This document shows, piece by piece, positions 20,416-29,108 of a stretch of 64,000 nt of DNA. A model generated the notes under the pieces. The model was not told the DNA's origin. It did not search any database and saw only the letters and a list, made by a program, of their open reading frames with translations. Positions within the stretch are counted from its first letter, which is position 1. Each line of letters starts with the position of its first letter. The translations under genes were made by a program, and so were the position numbers. This DNA comes from Treponema sp. (GTDB lineage: Bacteria; Spirochaetota; Spirochaetia; Treponematales; Treponemataceae): the NCBI GenBank assembly GCA_051883255.1, contig JBJETJ010000032.1:15562-79561 (forward strand), read 5' to 3'.

Positions 20416-21952
20416 AACCTATATACATCCTATTTGTGACTATTTTATCCATCTTTTTTCAGATACTTCCCATCCTATATCTATTGAAGAAGATTTTGAT
20501 TCTGTAAAATATAAATGGGATTTTATTAAGAGTGAAAAAATATTACCACAACAACTAACATGCCCCAAAATTGTCTCTAGAGATTCAATTTATTTAAGTT
20601 TAATTTATGATGATAATCTTATTACTTCATATAATTCTCAAAGTGAAGATGCAATTTGGGAAAATATAATTAATGCGTATGATTCTTATGATATTGGTAC
20701 TAATTTTAGTATTGAATTATCTATTTCAAAAAAACTTGAAAACAATCATATTTCTATATATCAGATAGATTCATTTATAAACTACTTAGCAAAATGTGCA
20801 TTATTGGATTTTCTTTCGATGTTTAGTAAAAAACTTAAGCCATATATTATTTTTGAATTGCAAAATATTGAACCGTTTTTTTTCTATTCACAAAGTATCT
20901 TCTTTCTATCACAAAATATAGATATTTCACAAGTAAAAATATTTGATAATAAAAAAAAAGAAAAAATTCTTAAGCAAGAGAAGGATTTGTGCTGTCATGA
21001 TTGCCCTAAATTTGAATTAATCCCTGATGATTTCTATTTTTTTAATTGTAATAATACTAAAATAAAACAGTTGTTTGATAAAATTTTGATATTTTTATGT
21101 TTTTTATCGATTTTTGATTATATAAAACTTGATAAAAAGTTATTCTCATTTCGATTAAATGGTTTTAAACTTTTAAAAAATGATTTTAATACAGACACAA
21201 TTGAAAATTTCTCTATAGATACTCAAAATAACCATGAATTATACGAAATATATAGATGGATTTATACAGATGGAAATGCTTCTGATAAACTTGATATCTC
21301 AAGAAATATTCTTTCAATAAATTTAAATCAAAATTTATTGAAACCAGAGCCGAATATATTTGAGGCAATAAAATCAAATTATAGAATTTTTCAAAAAGAA
21401 AATGCTGAAAGATATCTTTCCGTAAGAAAAGAGATATCTGAATTACTTATAACTTTGCAAGGAGAAATAAATTCTATTGTCAGTAATTTTATAGATGACT
21501 TTAAGAAAAATATTGTTACAGTTCTTTCTTTGTTTATATCTGTAATTGTAATAAATGTTATTTCAAATGGTAATTTTATAAAAGGTTTTAATAACGATAT
21601 TATTTTATTGATTTTTGCTTTTTTGTTAATTTCTCTAGGATATTTATTTTATTCAAGATGGGAGTTGACTCAAAAAACAAAGTTATATGAAAAACATTAT
21701 AATCAAATAAAACAAAGATATAGTAATATTCTGTCGGAAATAGAATTGCAGGGAATATTTGATGACTGCAATCCTGATAGCGATGGTACTCATGCATCTT
21801 TTAGTAATAAACAACGACAATTTTACAGTGTTTTATGGTTTCTATCCTTGCTTATATTATTTTTTACTACATTGGAAATATATAACTACAACAATGGATA
21901 TGGTTCATATATTTTAAATTTATTTAGATATAGATTTTCTAATCATTGTTAA
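20393..21952 (+). CDS. Hypothetical protein with large soluble N-terminus and three predicted C-terminal TM helices
   Basis: 519 aa; hydrophobic stretches IVTVLSLFISVIVINVI, IILLIFAFLLISLGYLFY, FYSVLWFLSLLILFFTTL. Confidence 0.65.
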   Translation: MTMPKDCETYIHPICDYFIHLFSDTSHPISIEEDFDSVKYKWDFIKSEKILPQQLTCPKIVSRDSIYLSLIYDDNLITSYNSQSEDAIWENIINAYDSYDIGTNFSIELSISKKLENNHISIYQIDSFINYLAKCALLDFLSMFSKKLKPYIIFELQNIEPFFFYSQSIFFLSQNIDISQVKIFDNKKKEKILKQEKDLCCHDCPKFELIPDDFYFFNCNNTKIKQLFDKILIFLCFLSIFDYIKLDKKLFSFRLNGFKLLKNDFNTDTIENFSIDTQNNHELYEIYRWIYTDGNASDKLDISRNILSINLNQNLLKPEPNIFEAIKSNYRIFQKENAERYLSVRKEISELLITLQGEINSIVSNFIDDFKKNIVTVLSLFISVIVINVISNGNFIKGFNNDIILLIFAFLLISLGYLFYSRWELTQKTKLYEKHYNQIKQRYSNILSEIELQGIFDDCNPDSDGTHASFSNKQRQFYSVLWFLSLLILFFTTLEIYNYNNGYGSYILNLFRYRFSNHC

Positions 21953-21957
21953 GGATT

Positions 21958-22050
21958 GTAGGGGCGCAAAGCGTTCCAAAACGAAGTGTAGGAATGGAGC
22001 GATAGCGAAACCCCGAAAAGCCCGACCCGAACGAAGTGAGGGGAACACCA
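21958..22050. other. GC-rich, purine-skewed non-coding segment at the right edge of the AT-rich island
   Basis: Abrupt composition change straight after the 21952 stop (gtaggggcgcaaagcgttcc...cccgacccgaacgaagtgaggggaacacc), with cgaagtg repeated twice. Confidence 0.4.
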
Positions 22051-22080
22051 AAAAAAATACAGATAAAAACACAAATCTCA

Positions 22081-22340
22081 ATCCGTAGTTCTGCTGCGGA
22101 GTACCTTACTTTTGTTGCGGCTACAGGAGATGACAAGAACTGTATTGAAGTTCGTTATGAGGACGAAAATATCTGGATTACGCAGAAGAGGCAACTATTC
22201 AAAATTTTCGAATAGTTCAAACCGAAGGAACAAGGCAAGTTTCCCGGGATGTGGAACATTATAATCTTCAGATGATTATCGCAGATGGCTTTACGGTGAA
22301 CTCGGAAGGCGCTGTCCAGTTCATCATCAGTATAGCCTGA
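22081..22340 (+). pseudogene. RhuM-family (virulence RhuM) gene remnant with internal deletion/frameshift
   Basis: IRSSAAEYLTFVAATGDDKNCIEVRYEDENIWITQK, then a frame change at ~22190 to ATIQNFRIVQTEGTRQVSRDVEHYNLQMIIA.GF.VNS..AVQF; both blocks are typical RhuM segments. Confidence 0.8.
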
Positions 22341-22359
22341 ACTCAAACTCCCCCCCCCC

Positions 22360-22959
22360 TCACACCCCCGTCAAATCCTCCTCCAGCAAACTCAAATCCG
22401 TAACCGCATTCCGCCTGAACCTCGTCACGTGCTCTTCAAGGTTCTTCATCACAGTTTCAGAATCTGCGCCTGTCGTATGGTACATAAAAAACGGCGCGTA
22501 CAAATCCATTGCGTAGACCTCAGGCGTTCCTGCTTTCATATAGCCGAGTGCAATCAGCTGTTCAAACATTGCCGACATCGACTGAACAGGGCCGTCAATA
22601 AAAATCTGCCTGTATATTTTTTTCATCTCCGGGTTTTTAAACTGTTCAATCAAAAGCAGCTGGCGGAATTTTGTAATCCATTCATCTGTAGTCTGATACA
22701 CAAACATTCCCATACAGATTTTTTCGACGTCTTTCCATCGGAGCGTTTCAAGCTTTACTTCCGACTGTTTGTCCTGCAACCGCGTCATGCACACATTTAC
22801 AATGCAGTCTAAAATTTCCTGCTTGCTTTTAAAATGCTTGTAAATCACCGCATCAGACGCGTTTATGCTTCTTGCAATCATTCGCGTAGACACGGCATCA
22901 AAACCGTTGACCGAAAAAAGTTTCAGCGATTCAAAAATAATATTTTCTTTCGTCGTCAT
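22360..22959 (-). CDS. TetR/AcrR family transcriptional regulator
   Basis: MTTKENIIFESLKLFSVNGFDAVSTRMIA...AVIYKHFKSKQEI HTH; start at 22959 overlaps the upstream stop (ATGA). Confidence 0.9.
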   Translation of the reverse strand: MTTKENIIFESLKLFSVNGFDAVSTRMIARSINASDAVIYKHFKSKQEILDCIVNVCMTRLQDKQSEVKLETLRWKDVEKICMGMFVYQTTDEWITKFRQLLLIEQFKNPEMKKIYRQIFIDGPVQSMSAMFEQLIALGYMKAGTPEVYAMDLYAPFFMYHTTGADSETVMKNLEEHVTRFRRNAVTDLSLLEEDLTGV

Positions 22960-24086
22960 ACCAATTCTTTTGAACCCATAATTATTTTTCTTGTGTCTTT
23001 GCCTGCCATACAGCCGTAAGTACACGCACCGCAGCCGATACATTCATTCACGTTGAGCGCTTTTGCCGCTTGCGCCGTCAGTTCATTTTTTTCTGCAAGC
23101 CCGACTACTTTACAAACTTCAACTTTTGCAGGACAGTTTCTGCTGCAAGCTCCGCATCCCCTGCACTTTGAAGCGCCCTCGTAATCTGGCGCGTTGCCGA
23201 GTGCAATGTAGCCTGTTTCTTCGGTGACAGTTTCGCCGTTTTCTGCCTTGTGACTAAAAAGTGCGCCCGAGCCTGTGTAAAGCGTTTTGCCTTTGCGCTG
23301 TTCAATGCTGAACAACTCAGACGCGATTTCTTCAACAGAGTCCCCCACTGTCACTCTGGTAACTTTTGCCTCCCCTTCCGTGATGTCTGCGACCGTAATG
23401 TATTTTTTGCGGCACGAGAACTCGTCGTCAAACGCTTCCCTTATTGCAAGCACTGTCTGAATATTCAAAACAAGAATTCCACATTCAGACGGAAGCTTTG
23501 ACTTTGGGATTTCTTTTCCTGTTACGGCTTTAATGAGGAAGTTTTCGTAGCCGACAGGAAAGCGGTCTGCAACTTTTATCTGGGTGACGTTCAGGGTTGT
23601 GTCGAGAGGTTCTTTTGTTGCAAGGATTACATGCTGAATTTTGAGCGCCTGTTTTACAAGTTCAATTCCTTCAATGACTGTATCAATGCGGTTTCTGTAA
23701 ATCCAGCCGTCGTGGACAAGACCCGGATCACATTCTGCGCCGTTTACGATAAGAAGCCCGTCCTCTGAATTAAAGCTTTCAAGTTTTTTGTACGTTAAAA
23801 ATCCGTTGCCGCTTTTTCCGGTGAGAGCCGTTTTTTTGCAAAGTTCAATTAACTGCCCGCGCGTAACTCCGCCAGGTGAACTTATCAAAGGCGCTTTGTC
23901 CTCTGTCCTAAACTCCTGAAACGCAATGTCGTCAAGACGTGCAATTTTTTTAATCCGCGCTTTCGGGCAATTCTTTGCGCGTTCAAACAATTTTGTCTGA
24001 AAATGCTTTCCTGCTTTTTTCTGTGCAAGCTTGAGTTTCTTATTTGAAGAAACCATTTTTTTGTTTATGAGGCTTATATTTTCCAT
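22956..24086 (-). CDS. RnfC-like iron-sulfur flavoprotein (Complex I 51K domain + SLBB + 2x 4Fe-4S)
   Basis: LTGKSGNGF, IVNGAECDPGLVHD, YP-like FPVGYE, C-terminal CRGCGACSRNCP and CIGCGACTYGC. Confidence 0.75.
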   Translation of the reverse strand: MENISLINKKMVSSNKKLKLAQKKAGKHFQTKLFERAKNCPKARIKKIARLDDIAFQEFRTEDKAPLISSPGGVTRGQLIELCKKTALTGKSGNGFLTYKKLESFNSEDGLLIVNGAECDPGLVHDGWIYRNRIDTVIEGIELVKQALKIQHVILATKEPLDTTLNVTQIKVADRFPVGYENFLIKAVTGKEIPKSKLPSECGILVLNIQTVLAIREAFDDEFSCRKKYITVADITEGEAKVTRVTVGDSVEEIASELFSIEQRKGKTLYTGSGALFSHKAENGETVTEETGYIALGNAPDYEGASKCRGCGACSRNCPAKVEVCKVVGLAEKNELTAQAAKALNVNECIGCGACTYGCMAGKDTRKIIMGSKELV

Positions 24087-24103
24087 AAAATCCCTTCCCT
24101 GTT

Positions 24104-24160
24104 GGTAATCAATCGCTTACCAACACAGACGATTATAGTAATCAACTGCTTACCTGTCAA
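24104..24160 (-). promoter_or_regulatory. Consensus sigma70 promoter (TTGACA-17-TATAAT) with two palindromic operators, probably bound by the TetR protein
   Basis: -35 at 24160-24155, -10 at 24137-24132; GGTAA-N8-TTACC at 24104-24121 and AGTAA-N8-TTACC at 24137-24154. Confidence 0.75.
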
Positions 24161-24201
24161 GAACCTTTTTATAAATTTGTTCATTTTGCAACAAAAATAA
24201 G

Positions 24202-24310
24202 TTGACCATAATAAATAAAATTGATATTATTAACTCACTGGCGGCAAAGAGGTCGCAGATAAGTTTTTATGCAATGTGCATAAAGAATTGTCTGCGGCTT
24301 CTTTTTTTTT
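24202..24310 (+). promoter_or_regulatory. Promoter plus ANTAR-type attenuator upstream of gltB
   Basis: TTGACC(24202)-17-TATTAT(24225); GGCAAAGAGGTC at 24243-24254 overlaps the 5' arm of a terminator hairpin ending in a U-run at ~24302-24310. Confidence 0.8.
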
Positions 24311-24448
24311 GCTCAAAAAATTTGCAGAACGTCCGCAAGAACAAAATTTCGGTATGTGCAGAAAAATTCCTGTGCCGTTACCGATGTATGTTTATCAGGA
24401 GGGTGTAATAAAAACTTTGCCTGAAATAGCGTCAAAGTTTTTATTCAC

Positions 24449-24550
24449 AAGTTTGCGTTGCAGACTTCCTTATCAACAACTGTTCCCCATTGCGTTGCGG
24501 AACAGCGTAAAAAGCCAGCCGATTGTTGAAACAATCTTTTTGACTTTTTA
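24449..24550 (+). repeat. Three-hairpin dispersed repeat, copy 1
   Basis: Aligns end to end with 40653-40755. Confidence 0.85.
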
Positions 24551-24568
24551 CGGGAGAATTCAAAAAAA

Positions 24569-27500
24569 ATGAAGACATTATACGAACCAAGTTTTGAACA
24601 TGATAACTGCGGAATTGGTGCTGTCGTAAGCATCGACGGAATAAAAAGTCATCGTGTCGTAGAAAATGCACTTTCGATTGTAGAAAAACTTGAACATCGT
24701 GCAGGAAAAGATGCCAGCGGAGAAACTGGTGATGGTGTTGGAATTTTACTTCAAATAAGCCACAACTTTTTTAAAGAACTCGAAAAACAAATCGTTCCGT
24801 CTGGCGGACAGCCCGGACAAGTTGAACTTGGTTATGAACGCGATTACGGAATAGGAATGTTTTTCTTTCCTGCTGACAATTTTGAATTTGAAAAAAAACG
24901 TTTTGAAGACTCTTGCAAAAAAGGCAGTCTTGAATTTTTAGGCTGGCGCAAAGTTCCTGTAAATGAAAACGTACTCGGAAAAAAAGCGCGCGACTGTATG
25001 CCTTCAATCTGGCAGGGATTTATCAAGCGCCCTGATAACTGCGAAAAAGGTCTTGAGTTTGACAAGCTTCTTTATAAAGTCCGCCTTGAATTTGAAAAAG
25101 CACAAAATCAGAATGACTCAAAAACTTACGTCTGTTCACTTTCTTCAAGAACTGTCGTTTACAAAGGAATGTTCCTTGTACAGCAGCTGCGCACTTTTTA
25201 CAGCGACTTGCAGTCCCCTGAATACGAATCTGCGCTTGCCATAGTTCACTCACGATTCAGTACAAACACAAACCCGAGCTGGCAGCGCGCCCACCCGAAC
25301 AGATTTATCGCACACAACGGAGAAATAAACACAATCCGCGGAAACGTCGACAGAATGATTGCACGTCTTGGCGAAGTCGACACGACAGGAAGCGACAGTG
25401 CAATGCTCGACAATACACTTGAATATTTTGTAATGAACGGAATGTCACTTCCGCTTGCCGTAATGGTCTGTATTCCTGAACCATGGAAGCACGACGAATC
25501 TTTGTCAGAAAGCAAAAAAGATTTTTATCATTACTGGGCAACAATGATGGAACCTTGGGACGGCCCTGCCGCAATTTTATACAGCGACGGCGATGTTGTC
25601 GGAGCAACGCTTGACCGCAACGGACTGCGCCCGAGCCGCTACTTTATCACAAAAGACAATATGCTCATTCTTTCAAGCGAAGTCGGCGTACTCGACATTC
25701 CAGAAAGCGAAATCGTTTCTAAATCACGATTACAGCCGGGAAAAATGCTCCTCGTAGATACAGTGCGCGCAAGATTAATCAGCGACAAGGAAATAAAAGA
25801 AACTTATTCATCAGAGCACCCTTACGGTGAATGGCTCAGCCAGAATCTGCTTCACCTTGCAGACTTGAAAATTCCGAATAAAAAAATTCCTGTTTCAACT
25901 CTGGAAGAACGCAACAGGCTTTACAGGGCGTTCGGCTGGAATTACGAGGACGTAAACGAAATGGTTTTGCCGATGGCGCGCAATGGAGTTGAACCGACAG
26001 GAGCAATGGGCGTAGATACGCCGCTTGCCTGTATGTCAGACAAGCATCCGTCACTGTTCAGTTATTTTAAGCAGCTGTTTGCACAGGTTACAAATCCGCC
26101 GATTGACAGCCTTCGCGAAAAAATCGTAACTGACACGACAGTCTTTGTCGGAAGCGACGGCGACTTGCTCAAGGCAGACAGAAACAACTGCCGCGTTCTT
26201 GAAATCAACAATCCGATTTTAACCGGCGTCGATTTGCTCAAGATTGCAAATTTAAATCAGCCGGGATTAAAAGCAAAAAAAGTTTCGCTTCTCATAAACC
26301 GCATTGAAGAACCTGCAACAGGCAAAGTTCTTGAAAAAGCGCTCGACAATCTTTTTGAACAAATCGACCTTGCTTACAACGACGGCTACAACATCATAAT
26401 TCTGTCTGACCGCGGAGTTGACAAAGACAACGCTGCAATTCCTTCTTTGCTTGCGGTAAGTTCAGTTGAACAGTATCTAATCCGGACAAAAAAGCGTACA
26501 AAGATTTCGATTATCCTCGAAAGTGCCGAAGTCCGCGACGTTCATCAGGCTGCAATGTGTCTTGGCTACGGAGCGCGCGCAATAAATCCGTACCTCGCTC
26601 ACGAAGCAATCACGGAATTAATTGACCAGAAACTTCTGGACAAAGACTATCACACTGCAATAAACGATTACAACAAAGGCGTAATAAACGGAATCGTAAA
26701 GATTGCCGCAAAGATGGGAATCAGTGCAATTCAGTCATATCAGTCTGCGCAGATTTTTGAAGCAGTCGGAATATCGTCAGAAGTAATCAACAAATATTTT
26801 ACAAATACAATCAGCCGTGTCGAAGGCATCGGTCTTAAAGAAATCGAAGAGGACATAATCTATCATCACAAGCAGGCATGGAATCCGCAGGGACTTACAG
26901 TGAACACTCATCTCGACAGTGTCGGCTCTCACAAGTTCCGCAGAGGCCCGAATGCAGAGGACCACCTTTACAATCCTGAAACAATAATCGCATTGCAGGA
27001 AGCAACACGCAACGGAGATTACGCGCGGTTCAAGGAATACACAAGCCTTGTTGACGACAATTCACGTCCGCACACTTTGCGCGCAATGCTCGATTTTAAT
27101 TTTGACGAACAGAAAGAAATTCCGATTGAACAGGTCGAAAGCGTAGATTCGATTGTCCAGCGTTTTAAAACAGGTGCAATGTCTTACGGTTCAATCAGCG
27201 AAGAAGCGCATAAATGTATGGCAGCCGCAATGAACCATCTTCACGGAAAATCAAATTCAGGCGAAGGCGGTGAAAAACCAGAAAGGCTCGGCACTGAATA
27301 CAATTCTGCAATCAAGCAGGTTGCATCAGGACGGTTTGGCGTTACGGAAGAATATCTTTTGAGCGCAAAAGAAATTCAGATTAAAATGGCGCAGGGAGCA
27401 AAACCGGGCGAAGGCGGTCACCTTCCGGGCAAAAAAGTTTACCCTTGGATTGCAACGACACGATATGCAACTCCGGGCGTTTCGCTCATTTCGCCTCCGC

Positions 27501-29086
27501 CGCATCACGACATTTATTCAATCGAGGACTTGGCGCAGTTAATCTATGACTTGAAAAACGCAAACCGCAGTGCGCGTATTTCCGTAAAGCTCGTTTCAGA
27601 AGCCGGTGTCGGAACAATCGCAGCAGGCGTTGCAAAAGCAGGCGCTCAGGTAATCCTGATTTCTGGTCACGACGGCGGAACAGGGGCTGCGCCGATTTCA
27701 AGTATTCATCACGCAGGACTTCCTTGGGAACTCGGACTTGCAGAAGCACATCAGACTTTAATTCAGAACGGACTTCGCGGTCGGGTAATCATAGAAACTG
27801 ACGGAAAGCTTATGAGCGGACGTGACGTTGCAATGGCGTGCCTTCTCGGTGCAGAAGAATTCGGATTTGCAACAGCGCCGCTTATTACAATGGGCTGTGC
27901 AATGATGCGCGTCTGCAACCTCGACACATGTCCGTTCGGCGTTGCAACTCAAAACGAAAAACTCCGCGCACGATTCCCGGGCAAACCAGAATATGTCGAA
28001 AACTTTATGAAGTTCATCGCACAGGAACTTCGCGAATATATGGCAAAACTCGGCGTTCGTTCTGTTGACGAAATGTGCGGCCGCGTTGATTTGTTAAAGC
28101 TCAAGGAAAAACAGGGCTTTACGCGCGCAGGACTTTTGGACTTGAGCCGCGTCATCGGACAAAGTTCTGGCGAAACGGAAAGCTGGAAAAAATCGCGCGA
28201 CGTATTCAACTTTGAACTTGAAAAAACCGTTGACGAAAAAACTCTCGTAAAAGAATTTGAAAGCGGTAAAAAAATAATTGACGGCATCGCAATCGAAAGT
28301 ACAAACAGAACGGCAGGAACAATTTTAGGAAGCGAAATCCAAAAGAAGTTCGGCAATTCGTTAAACGAAAGCGATTACGTCGTAAATATGACAGGCGGTG
28401 CAGGACAGAGCTTCGGCGCATTCATTCCGAAGGGGCTGACACTCAAGCTGACAGGCGAAGCAAACGACTACTTTGGAAAAGGCTTGAGCGGCGGAAAACT
28501 CGTTGTCGTAAAACCGTCTGACTTTGCAAGTGAAGCAGACGAAAACATAATAATCGGAAACGTCGCTTTGTTTGGTTCAACTTCAGGAAAAGCATTTATA
28601 AACGGTGTCGCAGGCGAGCGTTTCTGCGTTCGCAATTCAGGTGCAACTGCTGTCGTAGAAGGCTGCGGTGACCACGGACTTGAATATATGACAGGCGGAA
28701 CTGCCGTAATCATCGGCGAAACAGGTAAAAACCTCGCGGCAGGAATGAGCGGCGGTATTGCCTACGTTCTCGATGACAAGCACGATTTGTATAAACGGAT
28801 GAATCACGAACTTGTAAAAATGTACGACATCGATGATGAAGTTACGACACTCCGGGATATTTCTGATGCAGACAATCTCCGTTCATTAATTGAACAGCAC
28901 GTAAAAGAAACTGATTCAGAAAAAGGCAAAAAACTGCTTGCCGACTGGAATAAATCTGTCCGCAACTTTAAGAAAATCATTCCGAATGATTATTTGAAAA
29001 TGAAGACAGAAATTTATTCAGGCGAAAAGCAGGGCTTGAAACAGGAAGAAGCCGTAATGGCGGCTTTTGAAAAAATGACAAGATAG
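24569..29086 (+). CDS. gltB: Glutamate synthase large subunit
   Basis: EHDNCGIG N-terminal catalytic Cys, HSRFSTNT, AHNGEINT, KMAQGAKPGEGG, CAMMRVC..DTCP, GXGXG C-terminal domain. Confidence 0.98.
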   Translation: MKTLYEPSFEHDNCGIGAVVSIDGIKSHRVVENALSIVEKLEHRAGKDASGETGDGVGILLQISHNFFKELEKQIVPSGGQPGQVELGYERDYGIGMFFFPADNFEFEKKRFEDSCKKGSLEFLGWRKVPVNENVLGKKARDCMPSIWQGFIKRPDNCEKGLEFDKLLYKVRLEFEKAQNQNDSKTYVCSLSSRTVVYKGMFLVQQLRTFYSDLQSPEYESALAIVHSRFSTNTNPSWQRAHPNRFIAHNGEINTIRGNVDRMIARLGEVDTTGSDSAMLDNTLEYFVMNGMSLPLAVMVCIPEPWKHDESLSESKKDFYHYWATMMEPWDGPAAILYSDGDVVGATLDRNGLRPSRYFITKDNMLILSSEVGVLDIPESEIVSKSRLQPGKMLLVDTVRARLISDKEIKETYSSEHPYGEWLSQNLLHLADLKIPNKKIPVSTLEERNRLYRAFGWNYEDVNEMVLPMARNGVEPTGAMGVDTPLACMSDKHPSLFSYFKQLFAQVTNPPIDSLREKIVTDTTVFVGSDGDLLKADRNNCRVLEINNPILTGVDLLKIANLNQPGLKAKKVSLLINRIEEPATGKVLEKALDNLFEQIDLAYNDGYNIIILSDRGVDKDNAAIPSLLAVSSVEQYLIRTKKRTKISIILESAEVRDVHQAAMCLGYGARAINPYLAHEAITELIDQKLLDKDYHTAINDYNKGVINGIVKIAAKMGISAIQSYQSAQIFEAVGISSEVINKYFTNTISRVEGIGLKEIEEDIIYHHKQAWNPQGLTVNTHLDSVGSHKFRRGPNAEDHLYNPETIIALQEATRNGDYARFKEYTSLVDDNSRPHTLRAMLDFNFDEQKEIPIEQVESVDSIVQRFKTGAMSYGSISEEAHKCMAAAMNHLHGKSNSGEGGEKPERLGTEYNSAIKQVASGRFGVTEEYLLSAKEIQIKMAQGAKPGEGGHLPGKKVYPWIATTRYATPGVSLISPPPHHDIYSIEDLAQLIYDLKNANRSARISVKLVSEAGVGTIAAGVAKAGAQVILISGHDGGTGAAPISSIHHAGLPWELGLAEAHQTLIQNGLRGRVIIETDGKLMSGRDVAMACLLGAEEFGFATAPLITMGCAMMRVCNLDTCPFGVATQNEKLRARFPGKPEYVENFMKFIAQELREYMAKLGVRSVDEMCGRVDLLKLKEKQGFTRAGLLDLSRVIGQSSGETESWKKSRDVFNFELEKTVDEKTLVKEFESGKKIIDGIAIESTNRTAGTILGSEIQKKFGNSLNESDYVVNMTGGAGQSFGAFIPKGLTLKLTGEANDYFGKGLSGGKLVVVKPSDFASEADENIIIGNVALFGSTSGKAFINGVAGERFCVRNSGATAVVEGCGDHGLEYMTGGTAVIIGETGKNLAAGMSGGIAYVLDDKHDLYKRMNHELVKMYDIDDEVTTLRDISDADNLRSLIEQHVKETDSEKGKKLLADWNKSVRNFKKIIPNDYLKMKTEIYSGEKQGLKQEEAVMAAFEKMTR

Positions 29087-29108
29087 CCAGAGCAGATTTC
29101 AGGAGAAA

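Noticed and set aside
22350-22359. C10 homopolymer as a phase-variation switch
   Set aside because: Lies immediately after the TetR stop codon, outside any coding frame or promoter that I can identify.
22960-23043. N-terminal extension of TetR given in the ORF track
   Set aside because: It overlaps the RnfC-like coding region; the ATGA coupling at 22959/22956 indicates the true start.
24202-24671. Short ORFs in the gltB leader (24202-24408, 24276-24572, 24441-24671, 24445-24633) as leader peptides or small proteins
   Set aside because: They are made of promoter, terminator and repeat sequence, with no RBS or amino-acid bias expected of an attenuator peptide; the similar ORF 40646-40966 is the same repeat read antisense.
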